64,000 bases of DNA from positions 64,001 through 128,000 of the forward strand of contig JBDRCO010000023.1 of NCBI GenBank assembly GCA_043821645.1. The letters run 5' to 3'. The position numbers and the translations under genes are program-made. A model generated the notes under the pieces. That model was not told the origin of the DNA, made no database searches, and saw nothing but the letters and a program-made list of their open reading frames with translations. The DNA is from Pseudomonadota bacterium. Its GTDB lineage: Bacteria > Myxococcota > JACRCW01 > JAFGSX01. Below, piece by piece: positions 17,206 through 29,599 of the stretch. Positions within the stretch are counted from its first letter, which is position 1, and every line of letters begins with the position of its first letter.

Positions 17206-18672
17206 ATGACACCCACGACGCAGGCAGGAACTGCCAGGATCTTGCCAGTGGCTGTGCTTGGCGAGCTTGCCATTGCGGCCTGCGTTGTACTCTGGCTGGG
17301 GATCGCGGCGCTGCATCCCCCGGCCTGGGGGCTGATGGACGATCACAATCACCTGTTCAGAGAGTGTCCGGCGATCGCGCACGAAGGCTTCTTTTCATTC
17401 TATCTTGGCTTTCTCAGGCATGACCTCGTCAATCGTGAGTTCGTACGAATCATCTACCCGTTGCAAGTCATCCTCCAGTATTGCCACCAGCAGCCCTGGC
17501 TCGCGGCACTCTTTAGTCTGCTGGTGACCCTGTCCGGCACCTGGCTGTTCTTCTTCTGGTGTGCTCGGCTCCTCGAACCCAGACTGCTGCGCACCTCGTC
17601 GCCAACCGCCCGCTTTGTGGCCGCGCTGGGAACCCTCAGCTGCCTCGCCTTCCTGTGGTTCCAGGACTTCTTGCTGCAGTGGTCGCTGCAAGAGAAGTTC
17701 GTTCTTCTTGCCCTGGCCCCGGTGTGCTGGATCTTGTTCTCCGCGCGTGTGCAGTCCATGAGACCGGTGCCCTTCACTCTCGTCAGCGCAGCACTCATCG
17801 GGTTCGGCCTCGCGATCAAGGGGCAGTTCGCGATCGCGCTTCCCCTGGTCATCGGCTGGCAACTCGTTCTGACGCGCCGTTCGGCACCCGCGAGTCGCAG
17901 CTGGCGCGTCGTCGTGCTCTGCATGCTAGGGGCAGTGGGAGGACTGGCACTCAAGATCAGCGCTGCTCGCAGTCCGTACGCTTCGCGCTACACCGTGATG
18001 CAGGGAGTCCAGAACCTCCTGCAGTGGCCAGCCCTCCTCGTCGTGATACCCATGCTGGCGGTGGCCATCCATGCCATCGTGCTGTGGCGCCAGCGACAGG
18101 ACAGGCCTGCAGCGATCGTGCAGGGTTCGCTGGCTCTGTGCCTGGCCGCCTACTTGGTCGTGCTCGGCCCTGTGGGCTGGCGCTACTACGTGCTGGCCTT
18201 CGCCGCACCCTGGCTGGCCTTGCCCTGGGTCCTGTGGGTGTGCGCAGGGTCGCGCCGCGTGCAGCTCGCGGTCCTCGGCGTCACGGCGGCCCTGGCGCTG
18301 GTCGTGACAGGCCATCGCACCTCGCGGGTGCTCACCGGCAAGAACGACATCCATCGCATCGCCGCCTCCCCGGTGCTGGCCGAGCTTGCGCGGAGCAGCG
18401 AGGCCCTTCACGTCCCCTGCGAGGAGGGCTCTGTCGCCATGCGCCGCTACATCGACGAAGCACAGGGTGCAGCAGCACCCACAGTCCTCGGTCCCGGAGC
18501 ACAGGGCGAAGGAGCACCGACCGCGACGGTGTGGTTCTTCGACGACAAGAACTGTCCGCTGAGCGCCTTGCAGCGGGAGTGGGCGGGCCGGCCTCTCGAG
18601 GTGCTTGTGGCCCCGAGCTTCCCCGGTGGCTTCACGGTGCAGCGCCTGGGACCACCGCGGGATCCTCCCTGA
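17206..18672 (+). CDS. Multi-pass membrane protein, possibly GT-C-type glycosyltransferase
   Basis: ~10 hydrophobic segments; acidic MDD motif in the loop after TM1; soluble C-terminal domain; start uncertain. Confidence 0.55.
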   Translation: MTPTTQAGTARILPVAVLGELAIAACVVLWLGIAALHPPAWGLMDDHNHLFRECPAIAHEGFFSFYLGFLRHDLVNREFVRIIYPLQVILQYCHQQPWLAALFSLLVTLSGTWLFFFWCARLLEPRLLRTSSPTARFVAALGTLSCLAFLWFQDFLLQWSLQEKFVLLALAPVCWILFSARVQSMRPVPFTLVSAALIGFGLAIKGQFAIALPLVIGWQLVLTRRSAPASRSWRVVVLCMLGAVGGLALKISAARSPYASRYTVMQGVQNLLQWPALLVVIPMLAVAIHAIVLWRQRQDRPAAIVQGSLALCLAAYLVVLGPVGWRYYVLAFAAPWLALPWVLWVCAGSRRVQLAVLGVTAALALVVTGHRTSRVLTGKNDIHRIAASPVLAELARSSEALHVPCEEGSVAMRRYIDEAQGAAAPTVLGPGAQGEGAPTATVWFFDDKNCPLSALQREWAGRPLEVLVAPSFPGGFTVQRLGPPRDPP

Positions 18673-18779
18673 TCTCGCCGCCGAGGGCGCTGCGGGGCAG
18701 AGGCTGGCTTGGACCTTGCTGATTGAGCAGTATATTCGCGGTGCCCATGTGGCGGAACATCGCCGCCGAGATAGCTGCA

Positions 18780-20123
18780 ATGAACGAAGAGCACGACGAG
18801 AAAAAGACCACGCGCGCCCCCACCGGGAGACTGGAGCGCCTGTTCAAGCTCTCTGGCACCGCCACCGGCGTGGCTGCACGCTTGGCGGGCGAGCGCCTGT
18901 TGGAGAAACTCGTCCCCCCGCAGCGGCGCGCCGGAATGCGCAAGAAGGCTCTGACCCGCAGCGGTGAGCAGATGGTCGAGATGATGGGCCAGCTCAAGGG
19001 CGCGGCCATGAAGGTCGGCCAGATGCTGTCCGTGGATCCCGAGGCCATGCCGCCGGAAATCCAGCAAGCCCTGGCCACCCTGCAACGCTCGGCCCCGCCC
19101 ATGGATTACGAGCAGGTTGTGGCCCAGATCGAGTCCGCCCTCGAACAACCCATTCACCAGGTCTTCAAGTACTTCGATCCGGATCCGGTGGGAGCTGCAT
19201 CCATCGGTCAGGTTCACCGTGCGGAGACCTTTGACGGCCGAGTGGTTGCGGTCAAGGTGCAGTACCCTGGCATCGCCGACACCCTGGAGTCTGACCTCAA
19301 GAACCTGGCCTCGCTGATGACCATGGCGGGCGTCGTCATGGAGCGCGAGCGCGTCAACAGCTACCTGGCCGAAGTGCGGGACGTCCTGATCGAGGAAAGC
19401 GACTACCTGCACGAGGCGCACAACCTGGCACGCTTTCACGACCTGCTGGCGCCCTACCCCTGGGTGCGCGTGCCCGTTCCCGACCTCGAGCGCACGGCGA
19501 GCACCGTGCTGACCATGGAGTACATTGCCGGACAGAAGCTCGACGACTACCTCGAAGCCATGCCAGCGGGTGAGCAGCGCAACGCCCTGGCCGAGCGCTT
19601 CGTGCAACTCATGGCCACCATGTTCCACGAGCTGCACGAGCTGCATGCGGATCCCCACCCCGGCAACTTCATGGTCGACGACCAGGGGCGCATCGTGCTG
19701 CTCGACTTCGGGTGCGTGCGGCGCTTTCCCGAGACCTTCACCGAGGGCATCATCGAGATTCTGGTCTGCCTGTGGAACGGCGACGCCGAGGAGCTGTTGC
19801 AGACCTACCGCCGCCTCGGCTACGGCACGAGCCGGGTGCAGCACTACGACCCCGAGGTCATCTACGCTTTCACCGAGCTGGTGCTGGCACCCTTTCTCGA
19901 CGACGCGCCCTTTGATTTTGGAGCCTGGGACGTGCACGAACGCATCCGCGAGCTGTTCTTGCACAACATCGAGCTGACGACCTTCGTGCCGCCACGCGAG
20001 GCCATCCTGTACCTGCGCGTGGTGGCCGGTCTGCGCGGCCTGCTCAAGCGGCTGCATATCACCTTCAACGCCGGTCGCATGGGCCGCGACTTCGCGGCGG
20101 CCCATGGCTTTGGTGAATGGTGA
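18780..20123 (+). CDS. ABC1/UbiB (AarF) family atypical kinase
   Basis: LKGAAMKVGQ, AASIGQVH, VAVKVQYPG, HADPHPGNF, LLDFG. Confidence 0.92.
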   Translation: MNEEHDEKKTTRAPTGRLERLFKLSGTATGVAARLAGERLLEKLVPPQRRAGMRKKALTRSGEQMVEMMGQLKGAAMKVGQMLSVDPEAMPPEIQQALATLQRSAPPMDYEQVVAQIESALEQPIHQVFKYFDPDPVGAASIGQVHRAETFDGRVVAVKVQYPGIADTLESDLKNLASLMTMAGVVMERERVNSYLAEVRDVLIEESDYLHEAHNLARFHDLLAPYPWVRVPVPDLERTASTVLTMEYIAGQKLDDYLEAMPAGEQRNALAERFVQLMATMFHELHELHADPHPGNFMVDDQGRIVLLDFGCVRRFPETFTEGIIEILVCLWNGDAEELLQTYRRLGYGTSRVQHYDPEVIYAFTELVLAPFLDDAPFDFGAWDVHERIRELFLHNIELTTFVPPREAILYLRVVAGLRGLLKRLHITFNAGRMGRDFAAAHGFGEW

Positions 20124-20170
20124 TCCGGGTGCGGCTCGCATCCGCGAGGGCTGCTCGCTATAAACACTCG

Positions 20171-22012
20171 GTGCCCAGGATCCAGAAGCTCGAAGATGAC
20201 GTGATCGCCCTCATCGCCGCCGGCGAGGTGGTGGAGCGTCCGGCCTCGGTGGTCAAGGAACTGGTCGAGAACGCCCTAGATGCCGGGGCGCGCTCCATCG
20301 AGATCGCGCTCGACGAGGGCGGAGCCAGCCGCATCCAGGTTGTCGACGATGGCTGCGGCATGGCCGCCGACGAGGTGCTCCTGGCCCTCGAGCGCCACGC
20401 CACCAGCAAGATCCGCAGCGCCGAAGACCTGGAGCAAGTGATCACCTTGGGTTTTCGCGGCGAGGCCCTGCCCTCGATTGCCGCGGTCAGCCGACTGCAG
20501 CTGGAGACGCGACCCCGGGCCGAGGACAGCGCGACGCGGGTTCTGGTCGAGGGCGGCGTCGTGCGCAGTCTCGACGAGATGGGCGCACCGGTGGGGACGC
20601 GCATCGCGGTTCGGGACCTGTTCTTCAACACACCGGCCCGCCGCAAGTTCCTCAAGAGCGCAGCCACCGAGACCGCGCGCGCCCACGCCTGCGTGGTGGA
20701 CCTGGCCCTGGCCGCACCGGGTGTACGCTTCGTGTTCGAGAGCAACGGCCGCCGCATGCTGGACGCACCGGCTGCGGCGAGCGACGAAGACGGGCTGCGC
20801 CAGCGCCTGGGCGCGCTGCTCGGTCGCGAGTTCTACCCCGTGCTGTTTCCCTTTGCCGGCGAAGAAAATGGGATTCTCGCCCAGGGCTATTTTGCCGCGC
20901 CCACCCATACACGGCGCGATACCCGGGGCTACCACTTCTTCGTCAACGGTCGCGCCATCAATGACCGCGGTTTGATGTTCGCGGTGCGGCGAGCCTATCG
21001 CACGCTGCTCGACGACGGGCGACACCCCGTGGTGGTGGCCCATCTGCAGGTCCCACCGCAGGACGTCGACGTCAATGTGCACCCCACCAAGCAGGAGGCC
21101 CGCTTTCGCGACGACCGCGCGGTGGCGGATGCCCTGGCCCACGCCATCGCGGCGGCGGCGGCACGCACGCCCTGGGCTGGCAGCGGTCGCACCTACGTGC
21201 TGGCCCAGGCATCGCCGACCGAGGTACGCGACAGGCCCGCCGAGATCCAGGACTGGCACCGGGCCCGCGTTCGCGACGCACTCGACCGCTTTGCGCGACG
21301 CAGCGATGGCGTCGTCCCGCTGGCCCGGGAGAGGGGATCCTCCTGGGGGTATGCCGTAGCGCCTGCCATGCCGGCTACGCCAGGAAGCACACCTGTGTCC
21401 CTCGTCGACACCGATCTGACGGGAGCAGGCTATTTCACGCGGCTCCAGCCGGTCGGTCAGATCTTCAATACCTACCTGGTCTGCCAGCGGGATGGCGCCC
21501 TGGTGCTCGTGGATCAGCACGCGGCGCACGAGCGCATCACCTTCGAGCGCCTGCGCGCCCGACGTCGACGAGGTCGGCTCACCTCGCAACGCTTGCTGGT
21601 CCCGCTGCAGCTCGAACTCGAGCCAGGCTTGCTCGCCGCCGTCGACAGCCAGGGCGATCAGATCGCCGGTTTGGGTTTCGAGCTGGAGCTGTTTGGCGGT
21701 ACCACCCTGTCGGTCCGGGCCGTGCCGTCGGATCTGGGACAGGCGCCGGTCGAGCCCATGGTGCGCGACCTGCTCGCGGAGCTGTCCGCTCACGGCAGCC
21801 AGCTCGCCGGCGAGGAGGCCCTGGATCACGTGTGTGCCACCCTGGCCTGCCACGGCAGCGTGCGCGCCGGTCGTGCGCTGGCTCCCGCCGAGATCCAGGC
21901 GCTGCTGCGCGATCTCGACGGTGTGGATTTCGGCGCTCACTGCCCGCATGGCCGCCCGGTCGCGCGGGAGCTGACCCGTCGCGAGATCGAGCAACTGTTC
22001 GAGCGCGTCTAG
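20171..22012 (+). CDS. mutL: DNA mismatch repair endonuclease MutL
   Basis: IAAGEVVERPASVVKELVEN, TLGFRGEAL, DVNVHPTK, endonuclease motifs DQHAAHER and CPHGRP. Confidence 0.97.
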   Translation: MPRIQKLEDDVIALIAAGEVVERPASVVKELVENALDAGARSIEIALDEGGASRIQVVDDGCGMAADEVLLALERHATSKIRSAEDLEQVITLGFRGEALPSIAAVSRLQLETRPRAEDSATRVLVEGGVVRSLDEMGAPVGTRIAVRDLFFNTPARRKFLKSAATETARAHACVVDLALAAPGVRFVFESNGRRMLDAPAAASDEDGLRQRLGALLGREFYPVLFPFAGEENGILAQGYFAAPTHTRRDTRGYHFFVNGRAINDRGLMFAVRRAYRTLLDDGRHPVVVAHLQVPPQDVDVNVHPTKQEARFRDDRAVADALAHAIAAAAARTPWAGSGRTYVLAQASPTEVRDRPAEIQDWHRARVRDALDRFARRSDGVVPLARERGSSWGYAVAPAMPATPGSTPVSLVDTDLTGAGYFTRLQPVGQIFNTYLVCQRDGALVLVDQHAAHERITFERLRARRRRGRLTSQRLLVPLQLELEPGLLAAVDSQGDQIAGLGFELELFGGTTLSVRAVPSDLGQAPVEPMVRDLLAELSAHGSQLAGEEALDHVCATLACHGSVRAGRALAPAEIQALLRDLDGVDFGAHCPHGRPVARELTRREIEQLFERV

Positions 22013-22019
22013 CCAGTTG

Positions 22020-23150
22020 TCAGCCGTCGTCCGGGGCGCTGTCGCGAGCCTGGCGGTAGATGCGCTCGAGGCGTTCGGCCAACCGCGCCAGCGTGTAGTG
22101 GTCGCCGACGTGCTGCGCTGCGGCCTCACCCAGCTCTGCACAGCGCGCCGGATCGTGCAACAGCTCCTCGAGCGCGGATGCCAGGGCGGACGGATCGCCG
22201 GGCTCCACCAGCATACCGAGCCCGCGCTCCAGGATCTCGGGGATCACACCCACGCGGGTGGCCACCACCGGGCGCCCCGCGGCCATGGCCTCGAGCAGTG
22301 CACGGGCGATGGCCTCGGATCCCAGGGATCCCACGACCACCACGTCCACCGCGGCCAGGAAGCCAGCCACATCGTCGACACGCCCAAGCAGGCGCACGCG
22401 ATCCTGCATGCCGCGGTTCACGAGGTGCTGCCGCAGGCGATCCCCGGATTGGCCCCAGGCCTCACCGGCACACAGCAGCTGCACGCGCAGGCCGCGCCGA
22501 TCCAGCTCGACCATGGCATCGACGACCCCGCGATGACCCTTGACCTCGTCGATCCGCGCCAGCATGCCCAGGACGGGGGTGTTGTCCTCGAGGGTCAGGG
22601 ATCGACGCCAGGCAGCGCCGTCGCCACCACGAACCCGGTCCGCGTCCACACCTCCCCGCAGCACGTGCACACGCGCGCCGGGCACCCCCGCCTTCATCAG
22701 GTCTTCCGCCACCGCCGTCGAGGAAGCCACCACCGCTGCGGCGCTCCGGTACAGCCAGAGGTTCAGCGGGTGCCGCCGCAGACGCTGGGCAGCGCCGCGC
22801 GATCGCACCAGGGGTGCTCGATGGCGCGCCAGGAGCCTGGCCACCGCGGTGAGGGCGTGCGGCGGTGAGCGATAGGCATGCACCACATCGGGTTGCAGCA
22901 CGTCGAGGAGATGGGCGATACGCCGCACGTTGGCGGCCTGAGACAGCGGATTTCCCCCGCGGAGCCCGGGGAGAGGATGCAGCTCCGCGCCTATCGCCTG
23001 GGCGCGCTGCCACAGCGGTGACTCGGGCTGGCACGCGACGTCGACGATCCAGCCACGCTCGACCAGCGCACGCGCATTGAGCAGCAGCTGCTCCGCCTCG
23101 GCGAACCAGTGCCAGGCATCGCTGACCTTGAGCACGCGGTGTGTCGTCAC
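22020..23150 (-). CDS. Glycosyltransferase family 4
   Basis: GT-B motifs ARIDEVKG and EAIARALLEAMAAGRPVVATRVG. Confidence 0.88.
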   Translation of the reverse strand: MTTHRVLKVSDAWHWFAEAEQLLLNARALVERGWIVDVACQPESPLWQRAQAIGAELHPLPGLRGGNPLSQAANVRRIAHLLDVLQPDVVHAYRSPPHALTAVARLLARHRAPLVRSRGAAQRLRRHPLNLWLYRSAAAVVASSTAVAEDLMKAGVPGARVHVLRGGVDADRVRGGDGAAWRRSLTLEDNTPVLGMLARIDEVKGHRGVVDAMVELDRRGLRVQLLCAGEAWGQSGDRLRQHLVNRGMQDRVRLLGRVDDVAGFLAAVDVVVVGSLGSEAIARALLEAMAAGRPVVATRVGVIPEILERGLGMLVEPGDPSALASALEELLHDPARCAELGEAAAQHVGDHYTLARLAERLERIYRQARDSAPDDG

Positions 23151-23279
23151 GATGGCACGCTAGCGACTGCTGTCGAAGCTGACAAGGGTGCCGAGGACGT
23201 GCCCTTGCTCATCCAGGCCCGCGCCCCTATCATCGCGCGGCTGACGACGGGCCTGGCCCCTGTCCGGTTGAGAGGCGGC

Positions 23280-23950
<671 letters not shown>

Positions 23951-23954
<4 letters not shown>

Positions 23955-24856
23955 GGATCCTACGCTACGCTGCCAGCGTGCTGCGGCGCGCCCTGCGCAA
24001 CCTGGTGGAGCAGCGCCGCCTGCACGTGCTGGCCATCTCGGTCATGGCGCTGAGCCTGAGCGTGCTGGGCACCTTCGTCGTCGTCGCCAGCAACCTGGCG
24101 CGGGTGCGCGGAGAGCTGGGCAGTGAGCAACACCTGACCTCTTTTCTAGCCGCCGGGATCTCCCCGGAGCAGCAGGCGGTGCTGCGCGATCAGGTCCTGC
24201 AGCTGGCCGGCGTCGCCAGCGTCGAACTGCTCGACCCGACCCAGGCTGCCGAGCGTTTTCGCCAGGCCCTGGGTCCTCACGGTGCCATCCTGGACGAGGT
24301 CGGCGACGACGTGATCCCGGCAGCCCTGGTGGTAACGGCGGTCGATGGAAGCACCGTGGCCGGCGTCGAGGAGATCGCGCGCCGCCTTTCCTCCCTGGCT
24401 GGCATCGAGGAAGTGGCCTATGCCCAGGAGGAGATCCAGCGGCTGTCCGCGCTCATCCGCATCATCGAGATCGCGGCGCTCGCCATCGGCGGCTTGATTG
24501 CCCTGGTGACCATCATCGTGGTGTCCAACACCATCCGCCTCACGGTCATGGCGCGAGAGGAGGAGATCGCGATCATGAAGCTCGTGGGAGCCACCGACAG
24601 CTACGTTCGGCTCCCCTTCGTCGTCGAGGGCTTCCTGGGGGGGCTGGTGGCCGGAATGGCCTCGGTGCTCATCGTTTCAGCCCTCGATCTGGCCCTTGCC
24701 CAAGCCCTAGCTCCCGTGGCCTCCGGCGCCTTCGTTCAGTTCGACCTCGCCAACCTCGGCCTGCGCCACGCACTCATGCTGGTGGCCTGCGGTGCCGGGG
24801 TGGGGCTGGTGGGCGGCCTGGTGTCCGTGGGCCGATTCCTGCGGGACAGCTCATGA
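23951..24856 (+). CDS. ftsX: Cell division permease FtsX
   Basis: SNTIRLTVMAREEEIAIMKLVGAT..VRLPF..EG; 4 TM. Confidence 0.92.
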
Positions 24857-25989
24857 TGACGCGAGCCCGCGCGCTCGGTGTGGTGACCGCGACCGTGCTG
24901 CTGACAACGCTGCTGCTCGCCGCGAGCCGATCACCAGCCGAGGACGACCGCCGGCGGCTCAATAGCCTGGTACAGGAGCTCCGCGACCGGCGCTCGGATC
25001 TGCGCCAGGTGCGCAAGGACGAGCGCGAGGCCACGCGCGCGCTGTCCGAGCTGGACGCGACCCGGTACAAGGCGCAGCGCGAGCTGGAGCGCATGGACCA
25101 GGCGGTGGCCAGGCAAGAGAAAGAGGTCGAGGCCCTGCGCGGCAAGGTCACGGTCGACGTGGACAGCGTCGACGCCATGAAACGGCGGGTGCGCTCGCGG
25201 CTCCGTGTGCTGTCGCGGCTTGGCGGCCACAGCTACCTGCGCGTTCTCCTCTCCTCGGCCAGCCTCGACGAGCTTGCCATCCGCCGCGCCCTCCTGCGAC
25301 GCATCACTGCGCGCGACACCGCCATGTTGCGTGCCCTGCAGCAGGGTGAGGCCGAACTGGCGACGGATCGCCGCGTCCTGGAGCAGCAACTCGAGGTACT
25401 CAAGGAGAGTCGGGACCAGACCAAAGCCGCCCTCGAGGAACTCCTGGTGACCCGCGACGAGCGCGGCCAGGCCCTGCTCGAGCTCGGAGCACAGCGCGGT
25501 GTCCTGGAGACCCGCGTCGAGAGCCTGCGCCAGTCGGAGCGTGAGTTGCGAGACCTGATCTGGAGCAAGACCGCGCCCAGTCGCCCGGCGGTGGGTCTGG
25601 CCGCCTTGCGGGGCAAGCTCCCGTGGCCGCTGGCGGTGCAGGCCGACGACAATGCCCGGGGTGCCGCGCATGCCAACGGCTGGACCTTCCGGGCCGCCCT
25701 GGGAACCCGTGTCCGTGCCATCGCCGATGGCTCCGTGGTGCACGCGGGCTTCCTGCGCGGCTACGGCCTGCTGGTCATCGTCGATCACGGCCATGGCTAC
25801 CACACCCTGTTCGCACACCTGTCGCGCAGTGCGGTCGAGCCCGGAACCTCGGTGGCGGCGGGCGACGTGGTGGGCTACGTCGGCGACAGCGAGTCCCTCG
25901 ACGGGGCCAAGCTGTACTTCGAGCTGCGCAGCGGAGGCAGACCGGTCAAGCTCACCCGGTGGCTCAGCAAGAGCCCCTCGGCTCCATGA
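24853..25989 (+). CDS. envC: Murein hydrolase activator EnvC (coiled coil + M23 domain)
   Basis: Long coiled coil, then GKLPWP, GYGLLVIVDHG, LYFELR; follows ftsEX. Confidence 0.85.
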   Translation: MMTRARALGVVTATVLLTTLLLAASRSPAEDDRRRLNSLVQELRDRRSDLRQVRKDEREATRALSELDATRYKAQRELERMDQAVARQEKEVEALRGKVTVDVDSVDAMKRRVRSRLRVLSRLGGHSYLRVLLSSASLDELAIRRALLRRITARDTAMLRALQQGEAELATDRRVLEQQLEVLKESRDQTKAALEELLVTRDERGQALLELGAQRGVLETRVESLRQSERELRDLIWSKTAPSRPAVGLAALRGKLPWPLAVQADDNARGAAHANGWTFRAALGTRVRAIADGSVVHAGFLRGYGLLVIVDHGHGYHTLFAHLSRSAVEPGTSVAAGDVVGYVGDSESLDGAKLYFELRSGGRPVKLTRWLSKSPSAP

Positions 25990-26175
25990 GGGACCGGACT
26001 CCCCGCCGCAGTCACACCCGGGCCGAGGATCCCGGGAGCATGCGGGCGGGACCCGGGCCCTGACCGAGGGAATACGGGCGTCGATGCGAGACTCCCTCTC
26101 GCCGTATGACGTGGTGTTGGTTACAATCGTCGAACGGATGCACCTGGCGCGAAGCGGAACGCGCCCTGGCAGGCC

Positions 26176-28367
<2,192 letters not shown>

Positions 28368-28371
<4 letters not shown>

Positions 28372-28787
28372 GCGACCACAGCGGCCGTCGTCACCAGCGG
28401 GCGCGGGTCCCCTTGCTGGTGCAGTACCGCTTCTCGCCCGTGGGCGACTACCTGACCGACTACTCGGCCAACCTGTCCCGGGGGGGTATGTTCATCGTCA
28501 CCGATCAACCCCGGCCGGTGGGCTCGATCCTCTATATCCAGTTCGTCACACGCGATGGAAGCCGCATCATCCGGGGCCAGGGACGCATCGTGCGCTCGGT
28601 GGCCCAGGGAGAGGGCGCCCAGGAGCGCATCGGTCATGCCGTGGAGTTCCTCGACTTCGACGCAGACGACACACGCTTCGTCGAGGATCTGGTGCAGCGC
28701 GCCCTGGACGAGCAGGGTCAGCCAGCCATGCGCGTGGGGCGCCGTGGCTCCGTGAACCGCGATCCCGGGGAGGGATCAGGGTCCTGA
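28368..28787 (+). CDS. PilZ-domain protein (TIGR02266-like myxococcal family)
   Basis: RRHQR (RxxxR) and NLSRGGMFI motifs; ATGA overlap with the kinase gene. Confidence 0.85.
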
Positions 28788-28852
28788 GCAGCCGGCGCAC
28801 CCGCATCGGGGCGTGACGAGGGCAGGATTGTGTCAGAAGTTCGACGTCACTC

Positions 28853-28881
28853 TTGACACCATGAGCGCCGTTGGGTAGCAC
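28853..28881 (+). promoter_or_regulatory. Putative sigma70 promoter of tRNA-Gln
   Basis: TTGACA, 17-nt spacer, TAGCAC (weak -10), 32 nt before the tRNA. Confidence 0.5.
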
Positions 28882-28913
28882 TCTGATCGCTGGCTTGGCC
28901 AGCGTGGTCCAGA

Positions 28914-28987
28914 TGGGGAATCGTCTAACGGCAGGACGGCAGACTCTGGATCTGTCTATCTAGGTTCGAATCCTAGTTCCCCAGCCA
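28914..28987 (+). tRNA. tRNA-Gln (CTG)
   Basis: TGGGGAA/TTCCCCA acceptor ends, anticodon loop CT-CTG-GA, GGTTCGAATCC T-arm, encoded CCA. Confidence 0.97.
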
Positions 28988-28988
28988 G

Positions 28989-29022
28989 AACCCCCGGATC
29001 CTGCCTCCGGGGGTTTTTTTTT
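28989..29022 (+). terminator. Rho-independent terminator after tRNA-Gln
   Basis: AACCCCCGGA-loop-TCCGGGGGTT followed by a T run. Confidence 0.9.
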
Positions 29023-29040
29023 CCCGATGGAGGGGCCGCG

Positions 29041-29487
29041 ATGCCTGTGCTGGAACTGCAGGTGCTCAACGGTGACCAGGCCGGAGCGAGCGTCGAGATC
29101 CGCCCGGGGAGCTATCGCATCCTGCGCCGTTCGACCGAGAACTTCGACGTGCGCAGCACCCTGGTTGCGTCCAACGTGGAGCAATGGCGCCTGAGCCAGG
29201 AGGACCTGGAGCTGGCGGCTGCACAGCTGACCCGCCGCGCGGTGGAGACGGGCAACCCGGTGGTGCGCTTCGAGGCCTTCGAGCGCGCCGAGGACATCTC
29301 GATCTGGGACCAGCGTATGTCGCTACCCCATGCCATCGTCCTGTTTGATGAGGACCACGCCAGCATCGTCGACATGGGGAGCCGCAACGGCACCTTCGTC
29401 AACGGCGAGCGCGTCGGCAGCACGGACCTCTCCCACGAGGATCTCGTGCGCTGCGGCGCCACTCGAATCCAGCTCTTTGTGCGCTGA
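29041..29487 (+). CDS. FHA-domain protein
   Basis: MSLPHA..IVDMGSRNGTFVNGERV; GGAGG RBS. Confidence 0.8.
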   Translation: MPVLELQVLNGDQAGASVEIRPGSYRILRRSTENFDVRSTLVASNVEQWRLSQEDLELAAAQLTRRAVETGNPVVRFEAFERAEDISIWDQRMSLPHAIVLFDEDHASIVDMGSRNGTFVNGERVGSTDLSHEDLVRCGATRIQLFVR

Positions 29488-29599
29488 CACCCCGATCTGC
29501 TCCCTGGATCTCGCTGCACGACCTGGAGGACGGGCACCGACCCCGCGCCACAGCACGCAGAACAGGGACTCGGGGCGAGCAAGGTCAGCTGGGCTGAGA

